Positions 44,856-59,184 of a stretch of 64,000 bases of DNA are shown piece by piece. The notes beneath the pieces are model-generated. The model had not been told where the DNA came from. It saw nothing but the letters and a program-made list of their open reading frames with translations, and ran no database searches. Position 1 is the first letter of the stretch. The number at the start of each line of letters is the position of its first letter. A program made the translations under genes and the position numbers. Source of the stretch: Octopus sinensis. Its lineage: Eukaryota. Location of the stretch: positions 33,170,001-33,234,000 of the forward strand of contig NC_043012.1 in assembly GCF_006345805.1 (NCBI RefSeq), given 5' to 3'.

Positions 44856-45020
44856 TAAGGACAGAACAATGCGAAGTAAATGCAAGGCAAATCACATCTA
44901 CCCTGCATTCAATATTTGGCACATAAACCCAAAATATTGAATTCAAGGTAGGTCTCCATTAATTCATATATTTATTTCTTGTGATTTGCCTTGCATTTAC
45001 TTCGCATTGTTCTGGCCTTA
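44856..45020. mobile_element. MITE with 41-bp TIRs (1 mismatch), TA at both ends
   Basis: 44856-44896 versus 44980-45020; second hairpin inside the spacer. Confidence 0.85.
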
Positions 45021-45212
45021 CCCACGATTCTTTATACAATATATATATATTTATATAAATTTTCATTTATATAAATTAAGATATTTAGATAACTAAGTAG
45101 AGTCGGAGACAAGCAATGTGCATTAGCAATATGTACAGACATACACGTACTTTCTAATGTAAATACGGATTTGTCCCTCTAGTTATGAACACTCACTCAG
45201 CTGTAAAATACA

Positions 45213-47454
45213 TTCAGTGTTTTACCTGGCAAACTTGTCCTATTTTTGTGTTGAAATGTCCAGTAATTGAAAAAGCTCTTTCCGACTGGACACTAGTTGC
45301 ATTAGTTGTAAGCAATGCACTGTAAAGTTTCTCGAGCTTTTCACTTATGTTCGAAGTTGCTTCAAAATATTCGAATTCTTTAGAGATTTCAAATCCATCT
45401 GTTACCATCTTGGGCTCTTCATTCATTTTCTTCATTGCGCTTGTGTATTCACGAATGAGTTCATTACCTTCGTAAGTAGACGGGACAACAGTAACACTTG
45501 TTTTTAGGTTCCCTTCTATTTCATTTTCTTTGTATAATTCTGTTGTGTTCTCAGCATCATGTTCAGGAAATAATTTCCTATATGTTTGTTCAGCATACTT
45601 CCTTAAAAGCTGTTTCGTTAAAAAAAGAAAAGAAATTGATTCACCTTTAAACTTCCTTGGGTTATGTAAATACCTCACGAGAGTCAAGCTTTCGACATTT
45701 TTGCTCTTATTATATCTATGAATAAGTCTTTCACGAAGTTTTAGAGCCAAAGGTTGCCGACGATATTAAGTGTATTCAATAAAAATTCTATAGAATATTC
45801 CGCTTTCAGTAAATCCGTATCATCAGGGCAAATAGCCATTCTTCGTTAGCTATGGCATCTGTGGAAAGTTCTGCTCGTACAGCATTTGGAATGCAGCTTT
45901 TCAATTTCAAAAATCTCTCAATCATATGGAATTGCAATCCAGTATAAGTTTATATTCTCTGTTATCAAAGCTCGCCCGCACAAAATCTTGCAAAATTTCA
46001 TTTTTTGTAGGAGATTTACGAAAAAGTTTTGAATTTTTTCTTACCTTATTAAAAATTTTGTTAAATTCAGACTTTAGCTGGGGAAAACAAGAAAGTTCCT
46101 GAGCCAAATCTGTTTGAAAAAGTATGTCCTGTTAGCTTATGTCAGCTTCATCATCACTATCGTCTGTTATAACGATCTCTTCACTTTTTTTATCAGTCTC
46201 ATCGGTTGAGGCAATATTTTCAATATTTTTTTGATAGAGAATGTCGATCACAGACAGATATATGCAATGTGTGAGACATTGTTGGTGATCAGGTCTTATT
46301 TCTTTTCCGAATTTCACCATCATAGAAGCACCATCCGTCGTTCAGCCAACAATGTGTATATCCAAATCCAATCCAAATTCGCGAAGATGTTCTCTCACAA
46401 ATTGCTCTGTTCTCCTGCTATTAAGGGAGCCATGGATCTCAGTAAGACCCAACGACCAATGATTATTCTTCCTATGAACATTTATGTTCATATATCGGTT
46501 ATTTTGAATTTATGTGTATTCATCCAATGTCAATGACTTGCGAATCCCCAGCGCTACTTCTTTTTCGAAATAAAGAATAAGTTCGTCTTTCTTGGTTATG
46601 TAATAATTCTTTACCATATTCATGATTCTGTTTGCAGATGTTGGTTGTAATTTATCATATTTGCCTCTCTAACTATGAAGATTTCTCTGTATAAAATCGC
46701 TTTTGGCGATTGAATTGAAAAAGAATCCATCCATAGCAGCTAACTTTGAAACTTCTTCTTCCATTGATTTCTTTGTTAAAAAGTGTTCCATTGTTCTTGT
46801 CATTTTCACAGGAGGCTGGTTTGCATCTTGATTTATGTCGATTTGATGAATTTTCTTCAAGTGCAAGATCAGAGACGTAGTAGATCCTCCAGAAGACTTC
46901 ATGATCTTATCACACTTATTGCATTGAGCTTCATCTTTGTTTTTCCTAACGAAAAAATTCCAAACAGTTGATTTTTTTTATCATGCTAGGGCTAATGAAA
47001 ATAATTAAGAAAAAAATTAGTTAGTGTTACTTTCTTGAAATGAATCTGGAACTGGTTATTACATATGCTCAACGGGAAAGATCACCTGACCGAAGAGTAA
47101 CAGCATCCCCTTGACTTGCTATGAATAAACTCAGTTACCTGCAAATTCAAAGAGTCAGCCAGGGGTTAGCGAAGGAAATGACAAGGTGCTAATCTAAGGT
47201 TCAAGGGGAGAGAAGGTGAGAATTGATATGTTGCGATATGTTCCAATGAAACAGACAGCACTCCCAACTAAAAGCGACCGACAACAGTTCAGTTAGTTCA
47301 GTTTCAACGATATTTCTTCAAAAGAAAAAAAAAATGGAGAAATGTTTTGCAAAAAAAAAAAAATATATATATAGAAACAGCAAGCATTAAAATCGGTTTT
47401 GGCAAATCGGTGTCGTTTTTACTGATCATAATATAAAACCGGTTTCGAAGCCTA
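45213..47454 (-). mobile_element. hAT transposon copy 1, defective and 3'-truncated
   Basis: BED finger (QCNKCDK..LHLKKIH), SLTLDE, TTDGAS, CLTH, SVQSERAFS; similarity to copy 2 stops at ~45213. Confidence 0.92.
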
Positions 47455-47679
47455 GACGATATTAATTATGAACAGCCCTGGGCACTTATAAGACACGTAC
47501 AACCATACAACACCCTGTCCAGGAAGTGCGGATTGTGCTCTGAAGAATCTTTGTCCATTCTATTAACTAGAGAAATATATATCAACAAATTATCAGGAAG
47601 GATTCCACGCTGCATACATGCCAAAAAATCCACATTCACCTATTACAGTAGGAACACCTCACCACCACCAAAACCATAG
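47455..47679 (+). pseudogene. Penelope-like GIY-YIG endonuclease C-terminal fragment
   Basis: W..IRHVQPYNTLSRKCGLCSEE..INK..RCIH. Confidence 0.7.
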
Positions 47680-47889
47680 ATAGCCTAAATGGGATACCCA
47701 AATACAGTGATAAACACCATACACTGAACGCTCGTATATATCTGTATGTATATAGATGCGTATGAATCTACGAGTGTCTATGTGTATGTATATGCATGCA
47801 GATATTTATATGTATGGATATATATGTATGTATGAGTATATACATACGTATGTGTACGTTCGTATATATGTATATTCTGTGTATCCATG

Positions 47890-47907
47890 CGTCTATGCAC
47901 GGGCATG

Positions 47908-47973
<66 letters not shown>

Positions 47974-48138
47974 GTATATGTATATATATATGTATATGTA
48001 TATGTATATATATATGTATATGTAATATATATGTATATGTATATATATGTATATATGTATATATATGTATATATAGATATGTATATATATATATATAGAT
48101 ATATATATATATATATGTTATATATATGTATATATATG

Positions 48139-48173
<35 letters not shown>

Positions 48174-48254
48174 GTATATATATGTATGTATATATATATG
48201 TATATGTAATATATGTATATGTATATATGTATGTATATATATATGTATATATAT

Positions 48255-48285
<31 letters not shown>

Positions 48286-48296
48286 GTATATATATG

Positions 48297-48329
<33 letters not shown>

Positions 48330-48433
48330 GTATATTATATATATGTATATGTATATATATGTATATATATATATATGTATATATATATGTATATATATAT
48401 ATGTATATATATATATATGTATATATATATATG

Positions 48434-48467
<34 letters not shown>

Positions 48468-48491
48468 TATATAGATATGTATATATATATG

Positions 48492-48554
<63 letters not shown>

Positions 48555-48602
48555 TATATATATATATGTATATATATGTATATATATATATATGTGTATA
48601 TA

Positions 48603-48641
<39 letters not shown>

Positions 48642-48660
48642 TATATATATATATATGTAT

Positions 48661-48757
<97 letters not shown>

Positions 48758-48893
48758 TATATATATATATATATATAATCACGTGATCACGTGACCGACC
48801 AGACCATCAGATGTTGTTACACATCGCTGGTCACAATGCGTTCGCATTGTTTTAGCCTTCGAATGACGCCACCCCGCTGGCTAAGCGAGCAGG

Positions 48894-48983
<90 letters not shown>

Positions 48984-48984
48984 C

Positions 48985-49018
<34 letters not shown>
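47890..49018. repeat. Compound (TA)n/(TATG) microsatellite of ~1.1 kb with a ~120-bp non-microsatellite island at 48779-48897
   Basis: Direct reading. Confidence 0.97.
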
Positions 49019-49021
<3 letters not shown>

Positions 49022-49029
49022 ATTCTTGG

Positions 49030-49377
49030 CATTCTTTACGTATCACTGCTCAAATAAATACCAAACATTCTGCCTCATTAATGGATTTTCGAACTACTGT
49101 AAACGCACACATCATACCAACACCATCCTGTCACACTCAATCATCCTCTCCAACTGAACATGCTTTGGATTTTCTCAGACGAGAAAAATTTTTGTCAGGA
49201 TCCGATGGTGAACACAGAAAAACTGTTGGCTTACTGTTTCCCCAAACATGTACCGAGAGTGATAAAAATCAAACATCCAGTCAACTTCATGATGTTTAGA
49301 GTGATCACTAATGATAGCGACGTTATGTTTCAATTCCCACACGGCCTCAGACTCAACACGGATGCCTACATCAAGTG
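49030..49377 (+). pseudogene. DD37D (maT-type) transposase fragment
   Basis: WIFSDEKNFCQD..VPRVIKIKHP..MMFRVIT..GLRLNTDAYIK. Confidence 0.8.
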
Positions 49378-50210
49378 CTACTGTTAATAGAGTTATAGTG
49401 CAATTCAAAAGCCAAGGAAAAGAATCAACAGATTCTCGTCCCGGCTGACTTGGGCCCTCAGAAAGGAAGCTTCGCTGTTTGAGGAGAATTTTGGAAAACG
49501 AATCCCGTTCGAAGGCTTCTGACATTGCAAAACAACTAGAAGTTACTCCAAGAACTTGTGTTACATGTCTGCATAAGCTTGGGTATTATGGACGAATAGC
49601 TAGAAGAAAACCTCCCCTTCAACCAATTAATATCACGAAAAGAAAGAAATGGGCTAAGGAGATGTCAGAAAATCCAGTTCATTTTGGGGTAGAGTGATTT
49701 TCTCAGATGAATCCAGATTTGCATTATTTTCAGACAGTGGACATGTTTGTGTCTGGAGGCTTCCCAATCAAGAATTTGATTTGAAACGACTCCAACCAAC
49801 TGTGAAGCATGGCGGCTTCTCTGTAATGGTATGGGGAACTGTCACCAGCAATGGTCATTCTGAGCTGATCGAATGTGTTGGAACCATAAACTCTGAAAAA
49901 TACATCGAAATACTTAAGGACTACTTCCGAGGTATTCACACGATAACATGACGAAAGATTAGTTTTTTATTCATGGAAGATGCCACACAGCGAAAAGGAA
50001 TCAACAATGACTGAAAATGGGATCAAAAAGCTTCCTTGGCTGAGCCAATCTCCTGACATGAATGCAATTGAAAATCTTTGGAGCATACTAGATAGAGCTA
50101 TATGAAAAACTCGACAGAAACCTAAATCTAAAGATGAAATTTTTTGATTGTTGCGTGAAAAGTGGGTGGGCAGAAATTCCACAAGAGACAATCACAAAGC
50201 TCACCAGTAC
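49378..50210 (+). pseudogene. Tc1 (DD34E) transposase relic
   Basis: ARRKP.L; IFSDESRF; [13 protein letters not shown]; SQSPDMNAIENLW; WAEIPQETITKL. Confidence 0.92.
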
Positions 50211-53200
50211 GAAGAAATGAAAAATTAGAAAAACAGAAGAAAAAAGGAAAGACCGAAAACAACAATAAGGAGGGAAAAGGAGGAAAAGGCAAAACAACCA
50301 AAGCTGAAACCCCGACCCACCACACAAACAGCAGAGAACCCCCTGGAGGATCCAATGCCACCCAGTACACTTCAGGAAAGAAGAAATCTGGAAGGCACCG
50401 AAGAACCTGTAAGTTCTGCCTGCGGGGTAAATGTTGGCATGGTGAGGACGGCAAAAACTGCCAGTTCGCCCACCCGACACCCCGCCAGAACTTCAGGGGA
50501 CTCAAAGAGAAAAACTTTACCGAGGGAACACAAGAAACGTCTCCCAGGAAAACTTTCAAAAACGAAGTGCGCTCCTCAGATGTTCTGCGCAACGCAGCAG
50601 CTGAGCAAGAGTCTTTTTTATGCATGGCAGAAAGAATTGTCCGGCAGCTAACCTAGCTACACCAAGCACAGAGAAGGAACCCTGCCCACCACTATGCAAG
50701 ACCACCACAGTCAACAGACACGGGATGGCCTCCCCTAACGCCTGCACAGCCGTCACCCCAATACTTATCTAAATATTGGGGGCCTGTTGCATCAAAATAG
50801 AAACAAAATTTCTTTCCTGAGAGATCTTACTGCATGCAATTAAGCCCTATGCATAGCACTTGTGGAAACTCACCTCAACCCTGATATAGAGGACGCAGAA
50901 GTACACATACCAAACTATGCCATACTGCGAACAGACAGAAGGGAAAGGAGCCACGGTGGAGTTGCTGTATACATCCGAGATGACCTCGCGCCCCAGGTCT
51001 TGATGACATACTCAAATTCGGTATGTGACAACCTTAATTGTATACATAAGACAACATAATATAGTCATATGCAATACATATTGCCCACCGGATGCCCCAA
51101 ATCACATAGGCAAGTTTGAAGATTGCCTCACAAGAATTAAAGAAATCCTCATGAATCTGGAACACCACGTGACCATATTTCTTATGGGTGATTTCAACTT
51201 CCCCAACGTCAAATGGCCCGAAGGTCACATACTCTCAGGAATGAATCATTGCAAGCAAGTACAGGTGGAGTCCCTGCTCAACCTCACCAATGCCTTATTC
51301 ATGGAGCAAGTTGTACTCAAGCCAACTAGGGTGAATAACATTCTGGATCTCTGCTTCACGAACAATATGGACATCATTCATGATGTGAAAGTGACACCGA
51401 CATCAGTTTCGGATCACAACATAATAGAGCTGTCTATGTTTGGGCCGAAAGTAACCAGAGACACACAGCCTAAAGGAAGCACCCGAAATCTCTCCAATCT
51501 GAACTTCCACAAAGCAGATTGGAAATCGATCCAAAAAGAGATTCTCAGAGAGGACTGGCCGGAATGTCTCTCCACACCAGACATTGACATGAAACTAGAA
51601 TGTTTCATGTCTTCTGTGCAAGCCGTATGCCAGAAATATGTTCCAGAGCACAAGGCCAAAACAAATAGGAGCAAGATTCCAAGAGACAGGAAGATCCTCA
51701 TGAGACGACGGACGAAGGTTGCAAATCGTCTCAACCAACATCCCAAAAGTAGCGAAACGTCCCGCCTAAACACAACACTGATGGAGATTGAAAAAAGGCT
51801 GCAACAATCCTATGTGAAGGAGAAAGCAGACAAAGAAGCCTGGGTTATAAAAGACATTAAGTCAAACCCAAAGGACTTCTTTCATTACGCGAAAGAAACA
51901 GTCTCAGTGCACTACAAGATAGGACCCCCCCCCCTCCAAAAGGATGGCTCCCTCACAGACAGTCCAACTATGATCAGTGAGATGCTGAATGACCAGTTCA
52001 AAAGTGTCTTTACCACCCCGTTGGAACACAGACAAGTGAACGAACCAGTGGACTTCTTTGCCGCCTCACCTATAACCAGCGAGGCGGTTACAATAGAATG
52101 TATTGACATTAGCGAAAAAGATGTACTACTAGCCATAGATGAAGTGGACACAAACTCAGCTGCTGGTCCAGACGGTTTCCCAGCCATCCTCCTCAAAGCG
52201 TGTAAGCATGCCCTGGCAAAACCCCTCAAGATTCTCTTCCAGAGCTTTCTTGCGAATGGCAAACTGCCAAGCAAGCTGAAGGAGGGAATAATATGCCCAA
52301 TACATAAAGGGGGAAGTAGAGCAGATGCCAAAAACTATAGGCCTATCTCTCTGACTTCACACATCAGCAAAGTCATGGAACGGATAGTCAGAAAGAAACT
52401 AATCGCATTCCTTGAGGAAAATAACTTGCTGAGTGATACCCAGCATGGTTTTCGACCAGGTAGGAGCTGCCTGACCCAGCTCTTACAGCATTATGACTGG
52501 GTGTTGAGGCAGTTACTCAACAAATCAAATGTGGACGTAATCTACCTTGATTTTGCAATAGCTTTTGACAAGGTGGATCATGGTATGATATGCCACAAAC
52601 TGCGTGACCTCGGCATAGCTGGAAAACTTGGAGTGTGGTTGTATGACTTCCTGAAAGATAGGAGTCAGGCAGTAGTGGTTAATGGAGCCACCTCTATGAA
52701 CACACAAATAGTGAGCGGTGTTCCACAGGGCACTGTCTTGGGACCACTGCTTTTTATAGTGGCCCTCTCAGATATGCCCTCAAATGCCCAGATATCCACT
52801 CTGGCCAGCTATGCAGACGATACGAAAGTCTCGCAGAAAATACAGAACCCCAGTGATGTTGCACACCTGCAGCAGGAGTTGGACTCAATCTACAGATGGG
52901 CTGGGGATAATAATATGCAGTTTAATGCTGAAAAATTCCAGGCCCTGCGCTACCAGCATCCAAAACTGAATATTGAACTTACAGGATACACCGGTCCACA
53001 GGGAATTTCAATCCCAGAGCCTAAGTCTGTGAGGGACCTGGGTATCGACATGAGTGATGATACCTCTTTCCAAGTGCACATTACCAGGATGGCGACAAAG
53101 TGCAGACGACTGGCTGGGTGGATCCTAAGAACATTCAGAACCAGAGATAAGGAAACCACGATGGTCCTCTGGCGGACATTCGTCCTCAGTCGCCTGGATT

Positions 53201-53340
53201 ACTGCTCACAGCTATGGTCACCCATCAGTGTAAAATTAACAGCGGACCTTGAAGCAATCTAGAGAAGATTCAGAAAGAAGATCGTCTCTTTGCAACAGCT
53301 CAGCTACTGGGAAAGGTTGAAACAGCTAAGACTCTACTCC
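50211..53340 (+). mobile_element. CR1-group LINE: partial ORF1 (CCCH-like finger) and near-intact APE-RT ORF2, truncated at both ends
   Basis: CKFCLRGKCWHGEDGKNCQFAHP; ETHL..RTDR..GGVAVY; GDFNFP; NYRPISLTS; QHGFRPGRSC; GVPQGTVLGPLLF; YADDT; 745-aa open stretch at 51025-53262. Confidence 0.95.
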
Positions 53341-54220
53341 CAAGCAAAACATTGAAGACAATCCAGGAAAATCAATGCGGTCAATTGCAAAAAAAAAAAA
53401 AAAATTGTGTGTCAGAAAAAACAATCAGAAATGTTGTGCACGAAGACATCAGATACAAATCATGTCAGAAAAATCAAAAGAAAACCGTTTAACCAGATCC
53501 AAAAGACATTTGAACAAAAATCTATCAGAAGATGGTGTGATTTGGTTTTCCTTAGACAAGAAAAACTTTGACTAGGACCAGAAAACTAACAGAAGAAATG
53601 ACAGATGGCTATGTGCAGACCCTTGTGAGGTTCCAAGTGTGATACACACAAAATTTCCTGCAAGTGTCATGCTTTTGGGTGTTGTTAGCAATTGATGACA
53701 TGCGATGCCTCCTCACTTTTTTCTACAAGGCATTACGATGAATGCTGCTGCGTATATTGAGATTCTGGATAAAGTTGTATTTCAACAAGATTCTGCACCA
53801 TCACACAAGGCTCAAATGACACAAGAGTAGTGGCCGACAATTTGCATGATCACATCACCCCCAACATCTGGCCTCCCAGTTCTCTTGATCTCAATCCACT
53901 GGACTACTATGCATGAGTCATCGTTGAGAAAAATGTCAATGAACACTCCCATAGCACCAAAGGTTATTTGAAAGCCGCCGTAGTTCGAGTCATGTCCGAT
54001 ATGAACATGAACCACTTAATGTGATCTTGTAAACGATTTCGACCCCGCGTAGAGGTAGTTATTGATGCTGATACTTAAGGTGGTTTTTTTAAATGAAATT
54101 ATTAAACTGATGATTTAGGTTTATGTTTGTTATTTTTATAAAAATACAGTTTTTTTCTGTTATTATAGAAGAGTTTTTTAAAAACACAAATCTGTCCTCA
54201 AATACTGTCTGCACCCAGTA
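53341..54220 (+). mobile_element. DD37D (maT-type) transposon 3' part with right TIR
   Basis: WFSLDKKNFD; HTKFPASVMLLGVVS; FQQDSAPSH; IWPPSSLDLNPLDY; ends ctgcacccag followed by TA. Confidence 0.88.
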
Positions 54221-54225
54221 TATAT

Positions 54226-54227
<2 letters not shown>

Positions 54228-54297
<70 letters not shown>

Positions 54298-54377
54298 ACG
54301 CACACACAACACACACACACACGCACACACACACAACACACACACACACACGCACACACACACAAACACACACACAC

Positions 54378-54425
<48 letters not shown>

Positions 54426-54428
54426 ACG

Positions 54429-54460
<32 letters not shown>

Positions 54461-54508
54461 CACACAAACACACACACACACACACGCACACACACACAAA
54501 CACACACG

Positions 54509-54539
<31 letters not shown>

Positions 54540-54542
54540 ATG

Positions 54543-54624
<82 letters not shown>

Positions 54625-54625
54625 A
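54228..54625. repeat. Compound (CA)n-(TA)n-(TATC)n microsatellite
   Basis: Direct reading. Confidence 0.97.
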
Positions 54626-54849
54626 GCCTGTCTACCTACCTATATTTCTATCTATCTCCATTGTTATGTCACAAAAAAAAAACACAAACAAAAACAATGT
54701 TCTATTCTTCTAAACAAAACCCCACAAATACATCTGTTTTATATAAATGAACAAGCTGTTTATACAAAAGCGCTAATAATAAAGAAATAAAAAGATTCTT
54801 TTCAAAAATTCTGACGACTTTTTCTCAATATATATTACACACACGCACA

Positions 54850-54893
<44 letters not shown>

Positions 54894-54915
54894 ACAGACA
54901 CACAGACACAAACAC

Positions 54916-54948
<33 letters not shown>

Positions 54949-55022
54949 TATGTGTTTGCGTGTGTGTGTGCATTTGAAATAATGAGTAGTGATGGCTTTT
55001 TTGGGGGGGATTAATATCCAGT

Positions 55023-55417
55023 TGTAATTGTAGAATTAGATCAAAATGTCCGGTATCTGGTCGTTGTCTGGTCCAAAATGTAATTTATAAATGTACAATA
55101 ATGACTTTAAATAATAGTTATCTTTATTTCGGATGTTCGATAGACCTAAAGAAACGTTTGAACAATCATTTTTCTTCTTTTAGACTGAAACATAAGGCGG
55201 GTTGCACGACGCTGTCCAGTAAAATTTGGGAACTGAAAGAAAAAATATCGAATTTAACCTAAAATGGGATATAATAAGAAAGGTACAGCCTTATAAAAAT
55301 AGTAGCGATGGATGTGAACTTTGTTCTATGGAGACATATAAAATTTTGAAACATAGAAATAATACAAGCTTATTGAATAACCGTTCTGAACTGGGAGTAT
55401 CCTGTATACATTTTTAA
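55023..55417 (+). pseudogene. Penelope-like GIY-YIG endonuclease domain relic
   Basis: CNCRIRSKCPVSGRCLVQNVIYKC..YFG..KKRLNNH..TLSSKIWELK..CELCSME..LLNNRSEL..CIH; one frameshift. Confidence 0.88.
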
Positions 55418-55960
55418 GTATTTTAAATAATAACATTCTGACCATTCCCAAATTTTCAAATCTTAATATTTTGTAACCAAATAAGGAATTAATTGTTTAC
55501 TATTTTAAGGGACAATGTGGGAGGTTGGTTGGGGTGGGGGGAAGGAAGAGCAATGTGGAATTTTTTTGTTTCTGGGCTAGTCTGTCATGGTTCAGTGGTT
55601 TTTGGGACTGGTCTTACAACTTCACTTTGTTATATATAAATATAATACTAATAAATGTTTGTATCCGAAATATCTCAGAAATATTCTTTTCTTTTACTTG
55701 TTTCAGTCATTTGACTACGACCATGCTAGACCACCGCCTATAGTCGAGCAAATCGACCCCAGGACTTATTCTTTGTAAGACTAGTACTTGTTCTATCGGT
55801 CTCTTTTGCCGAGCCACTAAGTTACGGGGACGTAAACATACCAGCATCGGTTGTCAAGCGATGTTGGGGGGGGACAAGACAGACACACAAACATACACGC
55901 ATACATATATGCATACATACATACATATGTACATATATATATATATGTAGAAGGTATATG

Positions 55961-56065
<105 letters not shown>

Positions 56066-56316
56066 GTATGTATATACATACACACACGCACACACACATA
56101 TACATATACGACAGGCTTCTTTCAGTTTCCGTCTACCAAATCCACTCACAAGGCTTTTGTCGGTCCGAGGGTATAGTAGAAGACATTTGCCCAAAGTACC
56201 ACGCAATGGGACTTAACCCGGCATCATGTGGCTGGTATATTTTATCTAGATTTTTTTGCATATTTATTTTTATACTGACCTTCGGCCGTGCAGCACAAAC
56301 TTTGTGACATTTCGAC

Positions 56317-58805
56317 TAACCTCGAAACCGGTTTTCTAAAACCGATTAAAACCGATTTTATATTATGATCAGTAAAACTGACACCGATTTGCCCAAACCG
56401 ATTTTAATGCTTACTGTTTCTTTTTCTTTTTTTTTTCGAAAATCATTTCTCCATTTTTTTTTCTTTTGAAGAAATATCGTTGAAACTGAACTAACTGAAC
56501 TGTTGTCGGTCGCTTTTAGTTGGGAGTGCTGTCTGTTTCATTGGAACATATCGCAACATATCAATTCTCACCTTCTCTCCCCTTGAACCTTAGATCAGCA
56601 CCTTGTCATCTCCTTCGCTATCCCCTGGCTAACTCTTTGAATTTGGAGGTAACTGAGTTTATTCATAGCAAGTCAAGGGGGTGCTGTTACTCTTCGGTCA
56701 GGTGATCTTTCCCGTTGAGCATATGTAATAACCAGTTCCAGATTCATTTCAAGAAAGTAACACTAACTAATTTTTTTCTTAATTATTTTCATTAGCCCTA
56801 GCATGATAAAAAAAATCAACTGTTTGGAATTTTTTCGTTAGGAAAAACAAGATGAAGCTCAATGCAATAAGTGTGATAAGATCATGAAGTCTTCTGGAGG
56901 ATCTACTACGTCTCTGATCTTGCACTTGAAGAAAATTCATCAAATCGACATAAATCAAGATGCAAACCAGCCTCCTGTGAAAATGACAAGAACAATGGAA
57001 CACTTTTTAACAAAGAAATCAATGGAAGAAGAAGTTTCAAAGTTAGCTGCTATGGATGGATTCTTTTTCAATTCAATCGCCAAAAGTGATTTTATACAGA
57101 GAAATCTTCATAGATAGAGAGGCAAATATGATGGGGATTCGCAAGTCATTGACATTGGATGAATACGCATCAATTCAAAATAACCGATATATGAACATAA
57201 ATGTTCATAGGAAGGATAATCATTGGTCGTTGGGTCTTACTGAGATCCACGGCTCCCTTAATAGCAGGAGAACAGAGCAATTTGTGAGAGAACATCTTCG
57301 CGAATTTGGATTGGATTTGGATATACACATTGTTGGCTGAACGACGGATGGTGCTTCTATGATGGTGAAATTCGGAAAAGAAATAAGACCTGATCACCAA
57401 CAATGTCTCACACATTGCATATATCTGTCTGTGATCGACATTCTCTATCAAAAAAATATTGAAAATATTGCCTCAACCGATGAGACTGATAAAAAAAAGT
57501 GAAGAGATCGTTATAACAGACGATAGTGATGATGAAGCTGACATAAGCCAACACGACATACTTTTTCAAACAGATTTGGCTCAGGAACTTTCTTGTTTTC
57601 CCCAGCTAAAGTCTGAATTTAACAAAATTTTTAATAAGGTAAGAAAAAATTCAAAACTTTTTCGTAAATCTCCTACAAAAAATGAAATTTTGCAAGATTT
57701 TTTGTGGCGGGCGAGCTTTGATAACAGAATATAAACTTATACTGGATTGCAATTCCATATGATTGAGAGATTTTTGAAATTGAAAAGCTGCATTCCAAAT
57801 GCTGTACGAGCAGAACTTTCCACAGATGCCATAGCTAACGAAGAATGGCTATTTGCCCTGATGATACGGATTTACTGAAAGCGGAATATTCTATAGAATT
57901 TTTATTGAATACACTTAATATCGTCGGCAACCCTTTGGCTCTAAAACTTCGCGAAAGACTTATTCATAGATATAATATGAGCAAAAATGTCGAAAGCTTG
58001 ACTCTCTTGAGGTATTTACATAACCCAAGGAAGTTTAAAGGTGAATCAATTTCTTTTCTTTTTTTAACGAAACAGCTTTTAAGGAAGTAAGCTGAACAAA
58101 CATATAGGAGATTATTTCCTGAACATGATGCTGAGAACACAACAGAATTATACAAAGAAAATGAAATAGGGGGATCCTAAAAACAAGTGTTACTGTTGTC
58201 CCATCTACTTACGAAGGTAATGGACTCATTCGTGAATACACAATCGCAATGAAGAAAATGAATGAAGAGCCCAAGATGGTAACAGATGGATTTGAAATCT
58301 CTAAAGAATTCGAATATTTTGAAGCAACTTCGAACATAAGTGAAAAGCTCGAGAAACTTTACAGTGCATTGCTTACAACTAAAGCAACTAGTGTCCAGTC
58401 GGAAAGAACTTTTTCAATTACTGGACATTTCAACACAAAAATTAGGACAAGTTTGTCAGGTAAAACACTGAATGCATTACGTTTTTTAAAAGATTATTTT
58501 CGAAGGAAAGTGAATCATGAAGCAAGTCAAGAAATTTGATTGATTCTCAAAAATACGACTTGGAAAAACGTTGCATTCCTGATTAAATAAATATAATACC
58601 ATTATTTTTTGTTATTGTTTGTACATAGATGCAGATACAGGCAACCTGTTACTTTCTCTCTTTCTCTATGTATATATATAAACAAAATACAATATACGAC
58701 AAACTTCTTCGTTACAGGGACACCGCTCTAAATCCGCGAAAATTTTTTGAGAATTACTTATACTTAAACTCGGTTTTGGGAATTATAGGTGTTTTGCAAG
58801 CCCTA
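56317..58805 (+). mobile_element. hAT transposon copy 2 (2,489 bp) with 8-bp TSD
   Basis: ATTTCGAC at 56309-56316 and 58806-58813; right TIR reads TAGGGCTTGCAAAA on minus; disrupted transposase at 56803-58539. Confidence 0.95.
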
Positions 58806-59184
58806 ATTTCGACCTTTAGGCCTCTGTTTATTTATGAAAACGATCGAACACAATTTTTGTTTGGTATTTCTTGACAAAAAAAACAAACAAACTAAAATAA
58901 ACATGGCTTCCATGACGTTAGCACAGATACACACATACAGAATACACACACACATAATGAATGTCATGGCTTGTCAATCAACACAAACACACGTCCGCTT
59001 TCTGTGACATACACACACACAGTCTTTGCGCTCTAAGAAAAAAAAAAGACGTCGACTTTTTGATGTACACAATATTTTAATCATTTAGAAATATTTCTTA
59101 TATGAATATGATTTCAAAAATGTCAGTTGTTTGTACAGTAAGTATTTATAGTTTAGCTTTCTTTAAACAGACAATATTTTAATG

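Noticed and set aside
47756-49046. Long YI/CV-rich ORFs (also near 54.1-54.5, 55.8-56.2, 59.2-59.9 and 60.2-60.6 kb)
   Set aside because: These are translations of (TA)n, (TG)n and (GA)n microsatellites.
57338-57340. Selenocysteine readthrough of the TGA at a probable Cys position, shared by both hAT copies
   Set aside because: The ORF has other stops and frameshifts and no SECIS is evident.
56296-58830. Reconstructed hAT empty site resembles a hammerhead 3' half on minus (GGCC taaa GGTC GAAA TGTC)
   Set aside because: The CUGANGA strand and stem I are absent.
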